From the NCBI GenBank assembly GCA_036679605.1, contig JAZDCZ010000243.1:62721-126720 (forward strand): a stretch of 64,000 nt of DNA, given 5' to 3'. A model generated the notes under the pieces. It was not told the DNA's origin and ran no database searches. It saw nothing but the letters and a program-made list of their open reading frames with translations. The stretch is from Gemmatimonadota bacterium. Its GTDB lineage: Bacteria > Gemmatimonadota > Gemmatimonadetes > Gemmatimonadales > GWC2-71-9. Positions 49,926 to 58,896 of this stretch are shown here, one piece after another (within the stretch, counting starts at the first letter, position 1; each line of letters opens with the position of its first letter). Both the position numbers and the translations under genes were made by a program.

Positions 49926-50462
49926 CTAGGATGGCCTAGAACGGAGGGCCTTCTCGAGTGCGGCCTCCAAGTCCTGGTCTGCACCGACGCCGGTATATGC
50001 CACTCGGCCGGCGGCATCGAGGATTATGACATAGGATGTTGTTGGGGCCGCGTACGCGCGGGTTGCTTTCCCACCCGCGTCCCATAGCACGCGTCCGGGA
50101 ACGGGATGGCGCTCGAGATATCGCTTGATTGAACGTGGAGTTTGATTCACTGCCACGCTGACGGACAAAAAGTCCACCTGCTCGCCGAAGCGCTTTTGGG
50201 CGGCGACCATCGCAGGGTGAAGCGCCTTGCACACCTCGCACCACGTGGCCCAAAACTCCATCAATACCGGTTTACCCGAACCGTATTGGGATAGATCGAC
50301 CGCGTTGCCGTCGAGATCTTCGATTTGTACAGCAGGCGGTGTTGTGCCGAGTGGCAGGCCGACCTCATTCATGCCCTGAGCGGCAAGCTGTGCCGGCACC
50401 GTTGCAGCTGTCAAAAAGACTGTTGCTACAAGCACTCCCATCGCGATAACCTTTCGGTTCAA
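49926..50462 (-). CDS. TlpA-like thiol:disulfide oxidoreductase
   Basis: FWATWCEVC motif and signal peptide; TTG start overlaps the ccdA-like stop (start uncertain). Confidence 0.88.
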   Translation of the reverse strand: MNRKVIAMGVLVATVFLTAATVPAQLAAQGMNEVGLPLGTTPPAVQIEDLDGNAVDLSQYGSGKPVLMEFWATWCEVCKALHPAMVAAQKRFGEQVDFLSVSVAVNQTPRSIKRYLERHPVPGRVLWDAGGKATRAYAAPTTSYVIILDAAGRVAYTGVGADQDLEAALEKALRSRPS

Positions 50463-51190
50463 AAGACCATTCCCATCTGTATAAAATAATACTCTGCCAT
50501 GCCGAGCATGACGAGTCCCGCGCCCTTCTTTATCCAGCTCATCCATGGCCCCGATTTCGGAAGTGCGGCCAACGTCCCAGAGGAGACACCAACAGCCACC
50601 AACAGTGCGGTCATGCCCAATGAGAAGACGAACAAATATACGAATCCCAATGCTGCGCTCTGTGTGGTGCTTACCCAGGTGAGTACCACCGCGAACGCCG
50701 GCGCTCCACAGGGTGCGGCGACTATTCCCGAGGTAACGCCGAGGAGAAACACCGTCGGGAAAGAACCGCCACCCAAGCTGCCGGCCCACGATATCAGCCG
50801 CTGTGGCGCTGACACAGGTATCACGTCCAGCATTGCAAGCGCGAAGATCAACAGAAGGTTCCCAATCGCGAAACGCGCCCACGGGTTTGAGGCAACGGTA
50901 CCGAAGAGAGATCCGCTGAGGCCGGCAAGCAAACCCAGGATCGCATAGAACAGAGCCAGCCCCGAGACGTAGGTCAACGTAAGGCCGATGGTACGAGCGC
51001 GAGACGAATCAGCCTTTGCGCTGGCGGCCAACACGCTTGCGGTAATAGGGATCATTGGGTAGATGCAAGGAGTGAGGCTCGTAACCAAGCCCGCTCCGAA
51101 CAATGTCACCAGCGCGACGAGCGGTCGCTGCTGTAGAGCGTGGGAGAGTCCTTCCTGGGCGACCAACGCTGTGAAAACGGGGATTAGCAT
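50459..51190 (-). CDS. CcdA/DsbD-beta transmembrane electron transporter
   Basis: LTPCIYPMIP and AAPCGAP motifs; multiple TM segments. Confidence 0.88.
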   Translation of the reverse strand: MLIPVFTALVAQEGLSHALQQRPLVALVTLFGAGLVTSLTPCIYPMIPITASVLAASAKADSSRARTIGLTLTYVSGLALFYAILGLLAGLSGSLFGTVASNPWARFAIGNLLLIFALAMLDVIPVSAPQRLISWAGSLGGGSFPTVFLLGVTSGIVAAPCGAPAFAVVLTWVSTTQSAALGFVYLFVFSLGMTALLVAVGVSSGTLAALPKSGPWMSWIKKGAGLVMLGMAEYYFIQMGMVF

Positions 51191-51340
51191 ACCACAAGAT
51201 ACTTTGTTCGAGTGAAGGAACCAAAGGGGCCGACGCGGTTACTTGCTCGCGCCGTCGGTGGAATCGATGCATCTTTGTCGCTGGTAGTGAACTGTACACC
51301 GGAATTAATCAGGATATGCACTCCTATCTGAGGTGAATTC

Positions 51341-52714
51341 ATGCGCTCTCCGTCATTGCTGCTGAGACCACGTTCACATTGGCTGCTGCTGGCGGGTTAT
51401 GCCATTTGCATTTGCTCATCGCGAGCGATAGCGCAGGACATACCGGCTCTCCCTTCGCTCCGGGAGCAAGCGGAAATCCGTCAGGTTTGGCTCCAGCAAC
51501 GACTGGAAACGGTACTTCCGCGTCTCATGCGAGAGAACCACATCGACATGTGGATCGTACCGATGAGCGAGTACGACGAAGATCCGGTATTTCCCGCCCT
51601 CGTGTCGCCCAACAGGTTCGCGGCACGCCGCCGCACGATCTTCGTGTTTTACGATCGCGGCGAGGATCTCGGAGTAGAGCGGTTAGCCTTGGGCGGCGGT
51701 AGCGAAGGGGGTCTGTACCGCAACCTCAAGGATCCGTACGACGAAACACGAATCCTCTATCTCGAACCGCAGTGGGAAGTGCTGCGCCGAGTGGTGGAGG
51801 AACGGCAACCCGAGGTGATTGGAATAAACACCTCGACGTTCTATCGCAAGTTCGGTGGCGGCCTGGCTTCCGGTGAGCACGAACTGCTGAAACGGGCTCT
51901 AGGGCCCAAGTGGAGTGCTCGGCTCGTCGCGGCCGGACTGTTGCCGGTGGATTACCTCGCCACTCGGATTCCCGAGATGATGCCGCACTATCGTAGGATG
52001 ATGCAGGTCGCGCATGCTCTGATAGCGACCGCCTTCTCGAATCAAGTGATAACCTCAGGCGAGACGACCACAACCGATGTCGAGTGGTGGCTGCGGCAAC
52101 AGGTGCATGATCGCGCGATGGGCTCGTGGTTTCAGCCGTCCGTAAGCGTGCAGCGACGCGGTGCCGCCGAATCTGGAATATTCGGTATGAGCGATGTCGT
52201 GATCGAACGGGGTGATGTGCTGCACGTAGACTTCGGCATCTACGCCATGGGCTTGGCCACCGATACGCAGCACATGGGTTACGTATTGCGCGAGGGTGAG
52301 AGCGACGCTCCCGCCGGACTCAAACGTGCGCTCGGTGTCGGCAACCGGCTGCAAGATATTCTCATGTCGCAGATGAGCGTGGGGAGAAGCGGGAGCGAGG
52401 TGCAGACCGCGGCCCTGGCGCAAATGAATCGTGAGGGAATCACCGGCAAGATCTACACGCATCCTATCGGAGACTACGGCCACGGGCCGGGTACGACGAT
52501 CGGATTGATCGATCGTCAGGACGGCGAGCCGCGCAGCAGCATCAGGCTGATTCCCAATACCTGGTACTCGATCGAGCTTTACGCGGCGAGTCGCGTGCCC
52601 GAGTGGGACGACCAGGAAGTCGGCATGCCGCTCGAGGAAGATGCAGCTCTTACCGCCGAGGGGCGCATGGAGTGGATACTCGAACGGCAGACCAAGTTTC
52701 ATCTTGTGCGATGA
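51341..52714 (+). CDS. Exported M24 (Xaa-Pro) aminopeptidase-family protein
   Basis: GDVLHVDFG...TDTQH, THPIG.YGH, SIEL and LEED motifs. Confidence 0.85.
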   Translation: MRSPSLLLRPRSHWLLLAGYAICICSSRAIAQDIPALPSLREQAEIRQVWLQQRLETVLPRLMRENHIDMWIVPMSEYDEDPVFPALVSPNRFAARRRTIFVFYDRGEDLGVERLALGGGSEGGLYRNLKDPYDETRILYLEPQWEVLRRVVEERQPEVIGINTSTFYRKFGGGLASGEHELLKRALGPKWSARLVAAGLLPVDYLATRIPEMMPHYRRMMQVAHALIATAFSNQVITSGETTTTDVEWWLRQQVHDRAMGSWFQPSVSVQRRGAAESGIFGMSDVVIERGDVLHVDFGIYAMGLATDTQHMGYVLREGESDAPAGLKRALGVGNRLQDILMSQMSVGRSGSEVQTAALAQMNREGITGKIYTHPIGDYGHGPGTTIGLIDRQDGEPRSSIRLIPNTWYSIELYAASRVPEWDDQEVGMPLEEDAALTAEGRMEWILERQTKFHLVR

Positions 52715-52787
52715 CACGTGTAGACGCGGACGGCAGCAAATTTCAACGCCGTGAGATTATTCAGATTGCTTATTGGCTTGGAACGAG

Positions 52788-53888
52788 ATGAAGAACAGAG
52801 ACTGGGTCCTGCTCATGTTCGCACTGAGCGTCGGCTGTAGTGATTCGACTCCGGATGTTGCCTGCGCCGATTGCGAGATTCAACTCTCCCACGTCGTGAG
52901 CTTGGGTACGGTCGACGGGCCGGGTGCGCTTGCGAGTCTACCAGTTGCGGTGGCGCGCGACAGCCGCGGCCGCTTCTACGTGACGACGCCGGAGCAGGGA
53001 CTCGAACCGCCGTTCGTCTATGACTCAACAGGACGATTCATGACGCGTTTGGGGCGCAAGGGTCGAGGACCTGGTGAATACCTGGATCCAACTGCAATTC
53101 TCGTCAGCCCTGGAGATACGACTCACATCCTCGATCGAGGTACCGGCCGGATCACCGTTCTGTCGCCGTCGTACGTCGTTGCTAGGACAGTCTTAGTCTT
53201 GGCATCATCATACGACTTTGTTCTGGTGACTGATGGGCAGTATGTCATCAACACCAGCGGTGCTGACAGGCCGCTCCAGCTCTTTGGTCGCGAAGGCAAT
53301 GAGCTACGCTCCTTCGGCGATGTCTCGGAGTCTCGAACTCAGGACTATTCGTGGCGCAACGGCCGCGCGCTTGCGATGAGTCGAGATAGCGGGTTCTGGT
53401 CTGCACAGCGATACTTCGCCCCGGTTGTGGAGCGATGGGATCTGAACGGCGAGAAACGGCAGTCGCTGTCTATAAGCCTCGACTGGTTCGTGACCTACGA
53501 TAGCCTGTGGAACGCGTCACCGGATCTGCCGCCAATGTCAGTCATCACAGGGCTCTGGGAGGACAACCCTGGATGCCTTTGGATCCTTGGTCAGACTGGA
53601 GATTCAAATTGGAGAGATGGTCTTGGTGACCCGCGACGTGTTGAAGGTCAGCTGTCCTACCCGATAGTGGATCGTGAGCGGGTGTATGACATTGTCGTGG
53701 AGGTTGTGCGTGGTAGTACGGGACAGCGTGTTGCTCAGCGCCGTCTTGATCGGGGCTACCTAGCCACAATTGTGGAACCAGGTCTGATTGCGACCCGTCG
53801 TGAGTCGCAAGACGGATGGTGGCTCGTCGATGTCTGGAAAGTCGATCTCGACATGACAGGTCCAGAAACGGTGTGCAATGCGTCCTGA
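52788..53888 (+). CDS. 6-bladed beta-propeller lipoprotein
   Basis: Lipobox SVGC; GRKGRGPGEY motif. Confidence 0.75.
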   Translation: MKNRDWVLLMFALSVGCSDSTPDVACADCEIQLSHVVSLGTVDGPGALASLPVAVARDSRGRFYVTTPEQGLEPPFVYDSTGRFMTRLGRKGRGPGEYLDPTAILVSPGDTTHILDRGTGRITVLSPSYVVARTVLVLASSYDFVLVTDGQYVINTSGADRPLQLFGREGNELRSFGDVSESRTQDYSWRNGRALAMSRDSGFWSAQRYFAPVVERWDLNGEKRQSLSISLDWFVTYDSLWNASPDLPPMSVITGLWEDNPGCLWILGQTGDSNWRDGLGDPRRVEGQLSYPIVDRERVYDIVVEVVRGSTGQRVAQRRLDRGYLATIVEPGLIATRRESQDGWWLVDVWKVDLDMTGPETVCNAS

Positions 53889-54119
53889 CACCCTGTAAGG
53901 CCTCCGGTGTCGAGCGACCGTAGCGGGACAACACGACGTGGGTGGCCCCGTTTATCTTTGTGAGATCCAGAGTGATCCGCCACAGATGGGGCGTTGTCTG
54001 TCGCGGATGAAGCGTGATCTGTCATGGATCACGCCGGTGCGCAACTGATGTCTTGCGTGGGCGGATGCGTGACTGTACTGAGGTAAGCACTCCGTTCGAG
54101 GAGAGCTTGCCGGCCGTTG

Positions 54120-54767
54120 TTACTCGTGGTCCACGCCAACACCGACACGATCCGCAAGCCTCTCCCACCTCTTCCGGACCGCAATCCGTAAGGGCGGGTG
54201 GTCGATCAGCTCCACCCAGCTCTCAAGCTCCGAAACCGAGAAACCTGCGGGCCATTTGACCTCCGGCAGGAACGCGAAGCGACGGCCCTTCCGAGCGGAG
54301 AAGTATAGGGTGTCGAACAGCGCCTTCTCGGCCGTCGCGATATCGAAGTTTCCCGTCCGGCGGTATGGGTCGAAACCACCGAACAGTCCTGCCTGAATCC
54401 GATAGAACTCGTACGCCGCCACCGGCGTGTTCAGGACCGGTCGTTGCGTCGTGGTGACGACGTGCACGACCCGCGGGATCTGATCCGTCATGCCGTGCAG
54501 ATTGAGCGCCGAGAGCAGCGACACGTAGCCCCCCTGGGACTCCGCAAACAAGTGAGGAACGACCGCGTACGGAGAGAACTCGGGATGGGCGGGAACCGCC
54601 CAGAGGCCGCGCCGGATGCGCGTGACCATCCCCTCTCCTGCCAACTTCGCAAGGTCCCGCGACGTGTTGGCGAGTGTGACGCCGGCACGCTGTGCGACTT
54701 CCGCGGTGCTGAACACGGGCGAATACGGAAGTAGCTCGCTCCAGATCACTCTCGCAACTTTGTTCAT
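54120..54767 (-). CDS. AbiEi-like type IV antitoxin/regulator
   Basis: wHTH with RIRRGLW; YVSLLSALNLHGMTDQIP and ATAEKALFD motifs. Confidence 0.82.
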   Translation of the reverse strand: MNKVARVIWSELLPYSPVFSTAEVAQRAGVTLANTSRDLAKLAGEGMVTRIRRGLWAVPAHPEFSPYAVVPHLFAESQGGYVSLLSALNLHGMTDQIPRVVHVVTTTQRPVLNTPVAAYEFYRIQAGLFGGFDPYRRTGNFDIATAEKALFDTLYFSARKGRRFAFLPEVKWPAGFSVSELESWVELIDHPPLRIAVRKRWERLADRVGVGVDHE

Positions 54768-54775
54768 GGTTGCCT

Positions 54776-55570
54776 CTACCGCTTCAAGACGCTCTCGACC
54801 AGCGCCGCGACCCGAAGCCGCATTTCGTCCCATGTGCTTTCCGTGCCGTAGCGCCGCCGCGCTTCCTCGCCGAGGAACTCGAACACCTGACCCTCGTACT
54901 GTCTGTATGTGATCTCCAGTGCCCGGGCATAGGCCTCCCGCAGTTGCTCGGGACGGATTCCGTTCGCAAGGAACTCGAGGAGCGTCTCGTTGGGAGCGTT
55001 CGGCAGGAGCACGTACAGGTCGAAGATGTCGCGCGCCTGCGGTTCCCGCCGACCGCCCAGTGCCTCGACCTTCTGGCGCACCGCCGCTTCTCTCACGTAG
55101 TGGCGTACTTCCAGCGACTCCAGACCGTAGGCTCCCAGAATCCCGGCATCGGGGGCCTCGATCACGGCTCGATCGTCGGCATGCCGTTCCCGGTACGACA
55201 CCTCCACCTTCGTCGGGTACCGGATATCACCCCCCACGATCACTCCAAACTTGTAGCGGAAGGTCGTCTCGGTGTCCTTGTTCGGCCCTTCGCCGGGATC
55301 AAGTCCTCGAACGCCGAACTCCCGGAGGCACCGCGTGAATTCTCTGTCTTCGAAGATCCCCTTAAGACAGCTGCGGATCGCGGCCGAGTCCTCCTTGGTC
55401 CCGTCCAGATCCATGTCCTCGGAGTAGCGCACGCTCCCAAAGAACAGTCGCAAGTTCACGCCGCCCTTGGCGGTCACGCTGAGACCCCCGCGGAGTCGCA
55501 TCAACTCTCGTAGGATCAGGAGGTGAACCAATTCCCGTGCGGCGACGGGGGATAGTGTTGTCGGTGGCAT
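54776..55570 (-). CDS. AbiEii-like nucleotidyltransferase toxin
   Basis: KGGVNLRLFFGSVRYSEDMD, QKVEAL and ARDIFDL motifs. Confidence 0.85.
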   Translation of the reverse strand: MPPTTLSPVAARELVHLLILRELMRLRGGLSVTAKGGVNLRLFFGSVRYSEDMDLDGTKEDSAAIRSCLKGIFEDREFTRCLREFGVRGLDPGEGPNKDTETTFRYKFGVIVGGDIRYPTKVEVSYRERHADDRAVIEAPDAGILGAYGLESLEVRHYVREAAVRQKVEALGGRREPQARDIFDLYVLLPNAPNETLLEFLANGIRPEQLREAYARALEITYRQYEGQVFEFLGEEARRRYGTESTWDEMRLRVAALVESVLKR

Positions 55571-55658
55571 TATGCACTCGAAATATCAATATATGATAGC
55601 TGCATTGTATAATAGGTCATGGATGCTGAGACGTCAACCTCCATCGATGGGGCATGCG

Positions 55659-55766
55659 TTCTTCTATCGACTACGCGGCCAGACAGTCTGGATCGTGGCT
55701 GTCTGGCACAGTGCGCAGCAACCCGAACCGCCAGCCGAAACACCGCGCCGCCCGAGAAGGCGTTGA
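55659..55766 (+). pseudogene. C-terminal remnant of a ParE/RelE-family toxin
   Basis: FFYRLRGQTVWIVAVWHSAQ with no recognisable N-terminal part or antitoxin. Confidence 0.55.
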
Positions 55767-55843
55767 ACGGGACCGTCAACAGCTCGGTTCAATTGACCGA
55801 GGAGCCGTTCGATCATACGTGTGTACCGGAAGAGGACGAGCAC

Positions 55844-55872
55844 TTGTTGCGTGATGCGCAACGTGCTATAGT
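55844..55872 (+). promoter_or_regulatory. higBA-1 promoter and operator
   Basis: TTGTTG-N17-TATAGT (with extended TG), 6 nt before GTG; inverted repeat GTTGCG-N5-CGCAAC. Confidence 0.65.
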
Positions 55873-55878
55873 TGTCTT

Positions 55879-56157
55879 GTGATCAAGTCCATAAAACATA
55901 AGGGAGTCAAAAAATTTCACGGCACAGGGGCAACATCCGGGATACAGAATGACCATCGGAAGAAGCTTCGGTTGCAACTGGCGGCGCTCGATACGGCTCA
56001 GACAATCGAGGATATGAATATTCCCGGATTTCGGCTTCATCGACTCAAAGGGCGTCGAAAGGGCGTTTGGGCGATCGAGGTCAGCGGTAGCTGGCGGTTG
56101 ACATTCAGATTTGAGCAAGGACACGCATACGACTTAGACTACGAGGATTATCACTGA
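55879..56157 (+). CDS. higB: HigB-family toxin (RelE-like)
   Basis: IKSIKHKG, PGFRLHRLKG, VSGSWRLTF and DYEDYH motifs. Confidence 0.9.
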   Translation: MIKSIKHKGVKKFHGTGATSGIQNDHRKKLRLQLAALDTAQTIEDMNIPGFRLHRLKGRRKGVWAIEVSGSWRLTFRFEQGHAYDLDYEDYH

Positions 56158-56450
56158 TGGCGATGCATAACCCCCCTCATCCCGGCGAATTTATTCGAGA
56201 CGTCTATCTTGAACCACTTAATGTCAGTTCCCGTCAAGTGGCGGCATTACTGAATGTCGCTGTGTCGACACTTAGTCGACTCGTGCGTGGCGACAGCAGC
56301 GTCTCACCTGAAATGGCACTTAGATTGTCGAAGACGTTGGGCCGGTCACCGGAAAGTTGGTTGACGATGCAGTATAACCACGATTTGTGGCAAGCAAAAA
56401 AGCGAGTGAACTTGAGGACGGTTGGCAAACTTGATATCGATGCAGCCTAA
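56157..56450 (+). CDS. higA: HigA-family antitoxin
   Basis: PPHPGEFI and SPEMALRLSKTLGRSPESWL motifs. Confidence 0.9.
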   Translation: MAMHNPPHPGEFIRDVYLEPLNVSSRQVAALLNVAVSTLSRLVRGDSSVSPEMALRLSKTLGRSPESWLTMQYNHDLWQAKKRVNLRTVGKLDIDAA

Positions 56451-56473
56451 AGCCATTAGAGCCTCCGTCGGCA

Positions 56474-56547
56474 GCCGAACACTGGTTGGTGCAGACGGCG
56501 GCGGGCATCGATAAGACTGTGCGCCACCGCTCAACTCACAGTTAGGC
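56474..56547 (+). mobile_element. Degenerate integron attC-like site
   Basis: GCCGAAC...GTTGGTGCAGACGGCG / CGCCACCGCTCAAC...GTTAGGC, followed by an RBS and a gene. Confidence 0.6.
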
Positions 56548-56574
56548 AGCGACCCCGCGAGAGGAGAACGAGCA

Positions 56575-57078
56575 GTGGATAACCCCCGACTTCGTGACAT
56601 CCTCAACCTGCTCGATCCGCCTGCCGGTAAGAAATTGTGGTACGGCGGGGCCTCGGCCACCGGCTGCGTTCGAGGTGTCAAGCCCGAGCTGGCGGCGTGG
56701 AAGCCGGTTCCCATGCGGCACTCCATCTGGGAGCTGACGCTGCACCTGGCGTACTGGAAATACGCAGTGCGCCGAAATCTCGAGGCTTTGCCCCAGGGAA
56801 CGTTCCCTCGCTCGCCGTCGAATTGGCCGACCCTGCCCAAGCAGGCGGATGCGGCGCAATGGAAGGCGGATCGCGCGTTGCTGAGGTCGGAGCATGTGCT
56901 GCTGGTGGATGCGGTGCGGGCGTTTGATCCGCGGCGACTAGACGAAGGAGTGCCGGGCAGCGAGAAATACCGGTTCGTGGACCTCATGTTCGGCATCGTA
57001 AGCCATGATCTCTATCATGTTGGCCAGATTCAGGTATTGAAACGCCTGTACCCAACCCTGCGTGGGCGAGGGAAGTGA
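56575..57078 (+). CDS. DinB-family protein
   Basis: HSIWELTLHLAYW and HDLYHVGQI motifs. Confidence 0.88.
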   Translation: MDNPRLRDILNLLDPPAGKKLWYGGASATGCVRGVKPELAAWKPVPMRHSIWELTLHLAYWKYAVRRNLEALPQGTFPRSPSNWPTLPKQADAAQWKADRALLRSEHVLLVDAVRAFDPRRLDEGVPGSEKYRFVDLMFGIVSHDLYHVGQIQVLKRLYPTLRGRGK

Positions 57079-57523
57079 GAGCTGATAGAGCTGCGCTTCG
57101 ACACATGCGGGCATGGCTGGTACTCGTCGCTGCGCTCGCGCTGCACGTTGTCGACGAAGCGCTGACTGATTTCCTCGGTTTCTACAACCCCTTGTACTGG
57201 CAATCCGTTCGCGGATCCCCTGGTTTCCGATGCCGACGTTCACGTTTCGCGTCTGGCTGGGCGGCCTCATTGCTGTCGTCCTCGCTCTTGCCCTGCTCGG
57301 CCCAGCGGTACGGCGAGGTGCCGTCGGTACTCGCCTCGCGTCGTGGGCGTTGAGTGGCTTCATGTTGCTGAATGGGCTAGGTCACCTGGGTGGCTCGCTG
57401 TATTTCCAGAGGTGGTTGCCGGGGGCGACATCAGCACCGGTGCTGCTGGTGGCAAGTGTTTTCCTGGCGTGCTCCACCTGGCAAAGGAAATGCTCGGCAC
57501 AGAACCACTGCCCTCCAATCTAG
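57075..57523 (+). pseudogene. HXXEE-like membrane protein, frameshifted
   Basis: Adding one C to CCCC (57188-57191) joins LHVVDEA...FYNP to LVLAIRSRIPWFPMPTF...NGLGH. Confidence 0.7.
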
Positions 57524-57528
57524 AAGCA

Positions 57529-57563
57529 TAACGCTTGACGTTAATAACGGTCACCGTTAATAT
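57529..57563 (+). promoter_or_regulatory. higBA-2 promoter with two tandem operators
   Basis: TTGACG-N17-TAATAT; TAACG-N5-CGTTA at 57529-57543 and at 57545-57559. Confidence 0.75.
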
Positions 57564-57569
57564 ACGTCA

Positions 57570-57851
57570 GTGATAAAGAGCTTCCGTGACAGTGAGACCG
57601 CGCGGGTGTTTGCGCGCGAGCGGACACGTCGCTGGCCGCTGAATCTCCAGCGCGCCGCTCTCAAGAGGCTCTTGATTATCGACGCGGCCGAGGAACTGGC
57701 TGACTTGCGCGTGCCCCCGGGCAACCGGCTAGAGAAACTGAAGGGCAAGCGGCTGGGCCAATACAGCATCCGTATCAACGATCAGTGGCGGATCTGCTTC
57801 CACTGGAATGCCGGTATGGCCTATGACATAGAAATCGTGGATTACCACTAG
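57570..57851 (+). CDS. higB: HigB-family toxin
   Basis: PPGNRLEKLKG, SIRINDQWRICF and IVDYH motifs. Confidence 0.92.
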   Translation: MIKSFRDSETARVFARERTRRWPLNLQRAALKRLLIIDAAEELADLRVPPGNRLEKLKGKRLGQYSIRINDQWRICFHWNAGMAYDIEIVDYH

Positions 57852-57859
57852 GAGGATCT

Positions 57860-58159
57860 ATGGCATCCCGAAAATTGGCTCCGATTCATCCCGGCGAGAT
57901 CCTGCTCGAAGAATTCCTCGAGCCGATGGCGATCAGTCAGTATCGGTTGGCTAAAGACATCACTGTGTCGGCCCGACGGATCAATGAGATTGTGCATGGG
58001 ATGCGGGCCATCACCGCGGATACAGCGTTGCGTCTCGCCCGGTACTTCGGGACCTCCGAGCGGTTTTGGCTGAATCTCCAAACACGTTTCGATCTTGAAG
58101 TCGAAAAGGATCGTCTTGGAGCGCGCCTCGACCGGGAAGTACTGGAACGCGCTGTCTAA
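57860..58159 (+). CDS. higA: HigA-family antitoxin
   Basis: PIHPGEILLEEFL and ITADTALRLARYFGTS motifs. Confidence 0.92.
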   Translation: MASRKLAPIHPGEILLEEFLEPMAISQYRLAKDITVSARRINEIVHGMRAITADTALRLARYFGTSERFWLNLQTRFDLEVEKDRLGARLDREVLERAV

Positions 58160-58197
58160 CATCTTAGAGCCGCTCAACGGGTAAGAGGGGACTCATA

Positions 58198-58845
58198 CTG
58201 AGGCTAGTTTCCGTCAACGTCGGGCTTCCGCGCGAAGTCACTTGGAAGGGCAAGACAGTGAGCACCGGCATATTCAAGACTCCGGTGGAGGGCCCGGTGG
58301 CGCTTCGGCGGCACAATCTCGACGGCGACGGACAGGCCGACCTTTCGGTACACGGTGGTCCCACGAAGGCGGTCTACGTCTATCCGACCCAACACTACGA
58401 CTACTGGCGCGGCGAACTTGGGGACACCGATCTCGCTTGGGGCAACTTCGGAGAGAACTTCACCGTCGATGGAGTAGACGAAGAGACAGTTTGCATCGGT
58501 GACGAGTTTCGAGTAGGCAGCGCCGGCGTGGTCGTGACTGAACCCCGCATGCCCTGCTTCAAACTCGGGATTCGCTTTGACCGCGCGGACATGGTGAAGC
58601 GGTTCTTGAAGAGCCAACGCACCGGCTTTTACTTCGGCGTAGTGGAGGAGGGCATCGTTCAGGCGGGCGACGAGCTTGAGCGGGTTGCCGAGCACCAAGA
58701 TGGGCTCCGAGTGGCGGATGTTACACGTCTCTACACGACCGAGAGGACGAACGAGGCGCTCTTGCGCAAGGCAATTTCCGTGGCGGTCCTACCCGAAAGT
58801 TGGCGTGGCTTTTTCGAGCATCAACTTGAGAGGCTTCGGGAATAA
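58198..58845 (+). CDS. MOSC-domain protein (YiiM-like), probable non-canonical start
   Basis: RLVSVNVGLPREV lies upstream of the track start; HGG, FGENF and PRMPCFKL motifs. Confidence 0.8.
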   Translation: MRLVSVNVGLPREVTWKGKTVSTGIFKTPVEGPVALRRHNLDGDGQADLSVHGGPTKAVYVYPTQHYDYWRGELGDTDLAWGNFGENFTVDGVDEETVCIGDEFRVGSAGVVVTEPRMPCFKLGIRFDRADMVKRFLKSQRTGFYFGVVEEGIVQAGDELERVAEHQDGLRVADVTRLYTTERTNEALLRKAISVAVLPESWRGFFEHQLERLRE

Positions 58846-58848
58846 TCT

Positions 58849-58890
58849 AAACGTCGGGGCTTGCACACATACCCCGACGTTTTGTATTAT
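58849..58890 (+). promoter_or_regulatory. abiE promoter with inverted-repeat operator
   Basis: AAACGTCGGGG-N12-CCCCGACGTTT; TTGCAC-N18-TATTAT, 6 nt before ATG. Confidence 0.7.
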
Positions 58891-58896
58891 TCCGCC

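Noticed and set aside
55745..55812. attC-like text and the CTCGGT(T)CAA/TTGACCGAG hairpin after the ParE remnant
   Set aside because: The core boxes are too degenerate to call.
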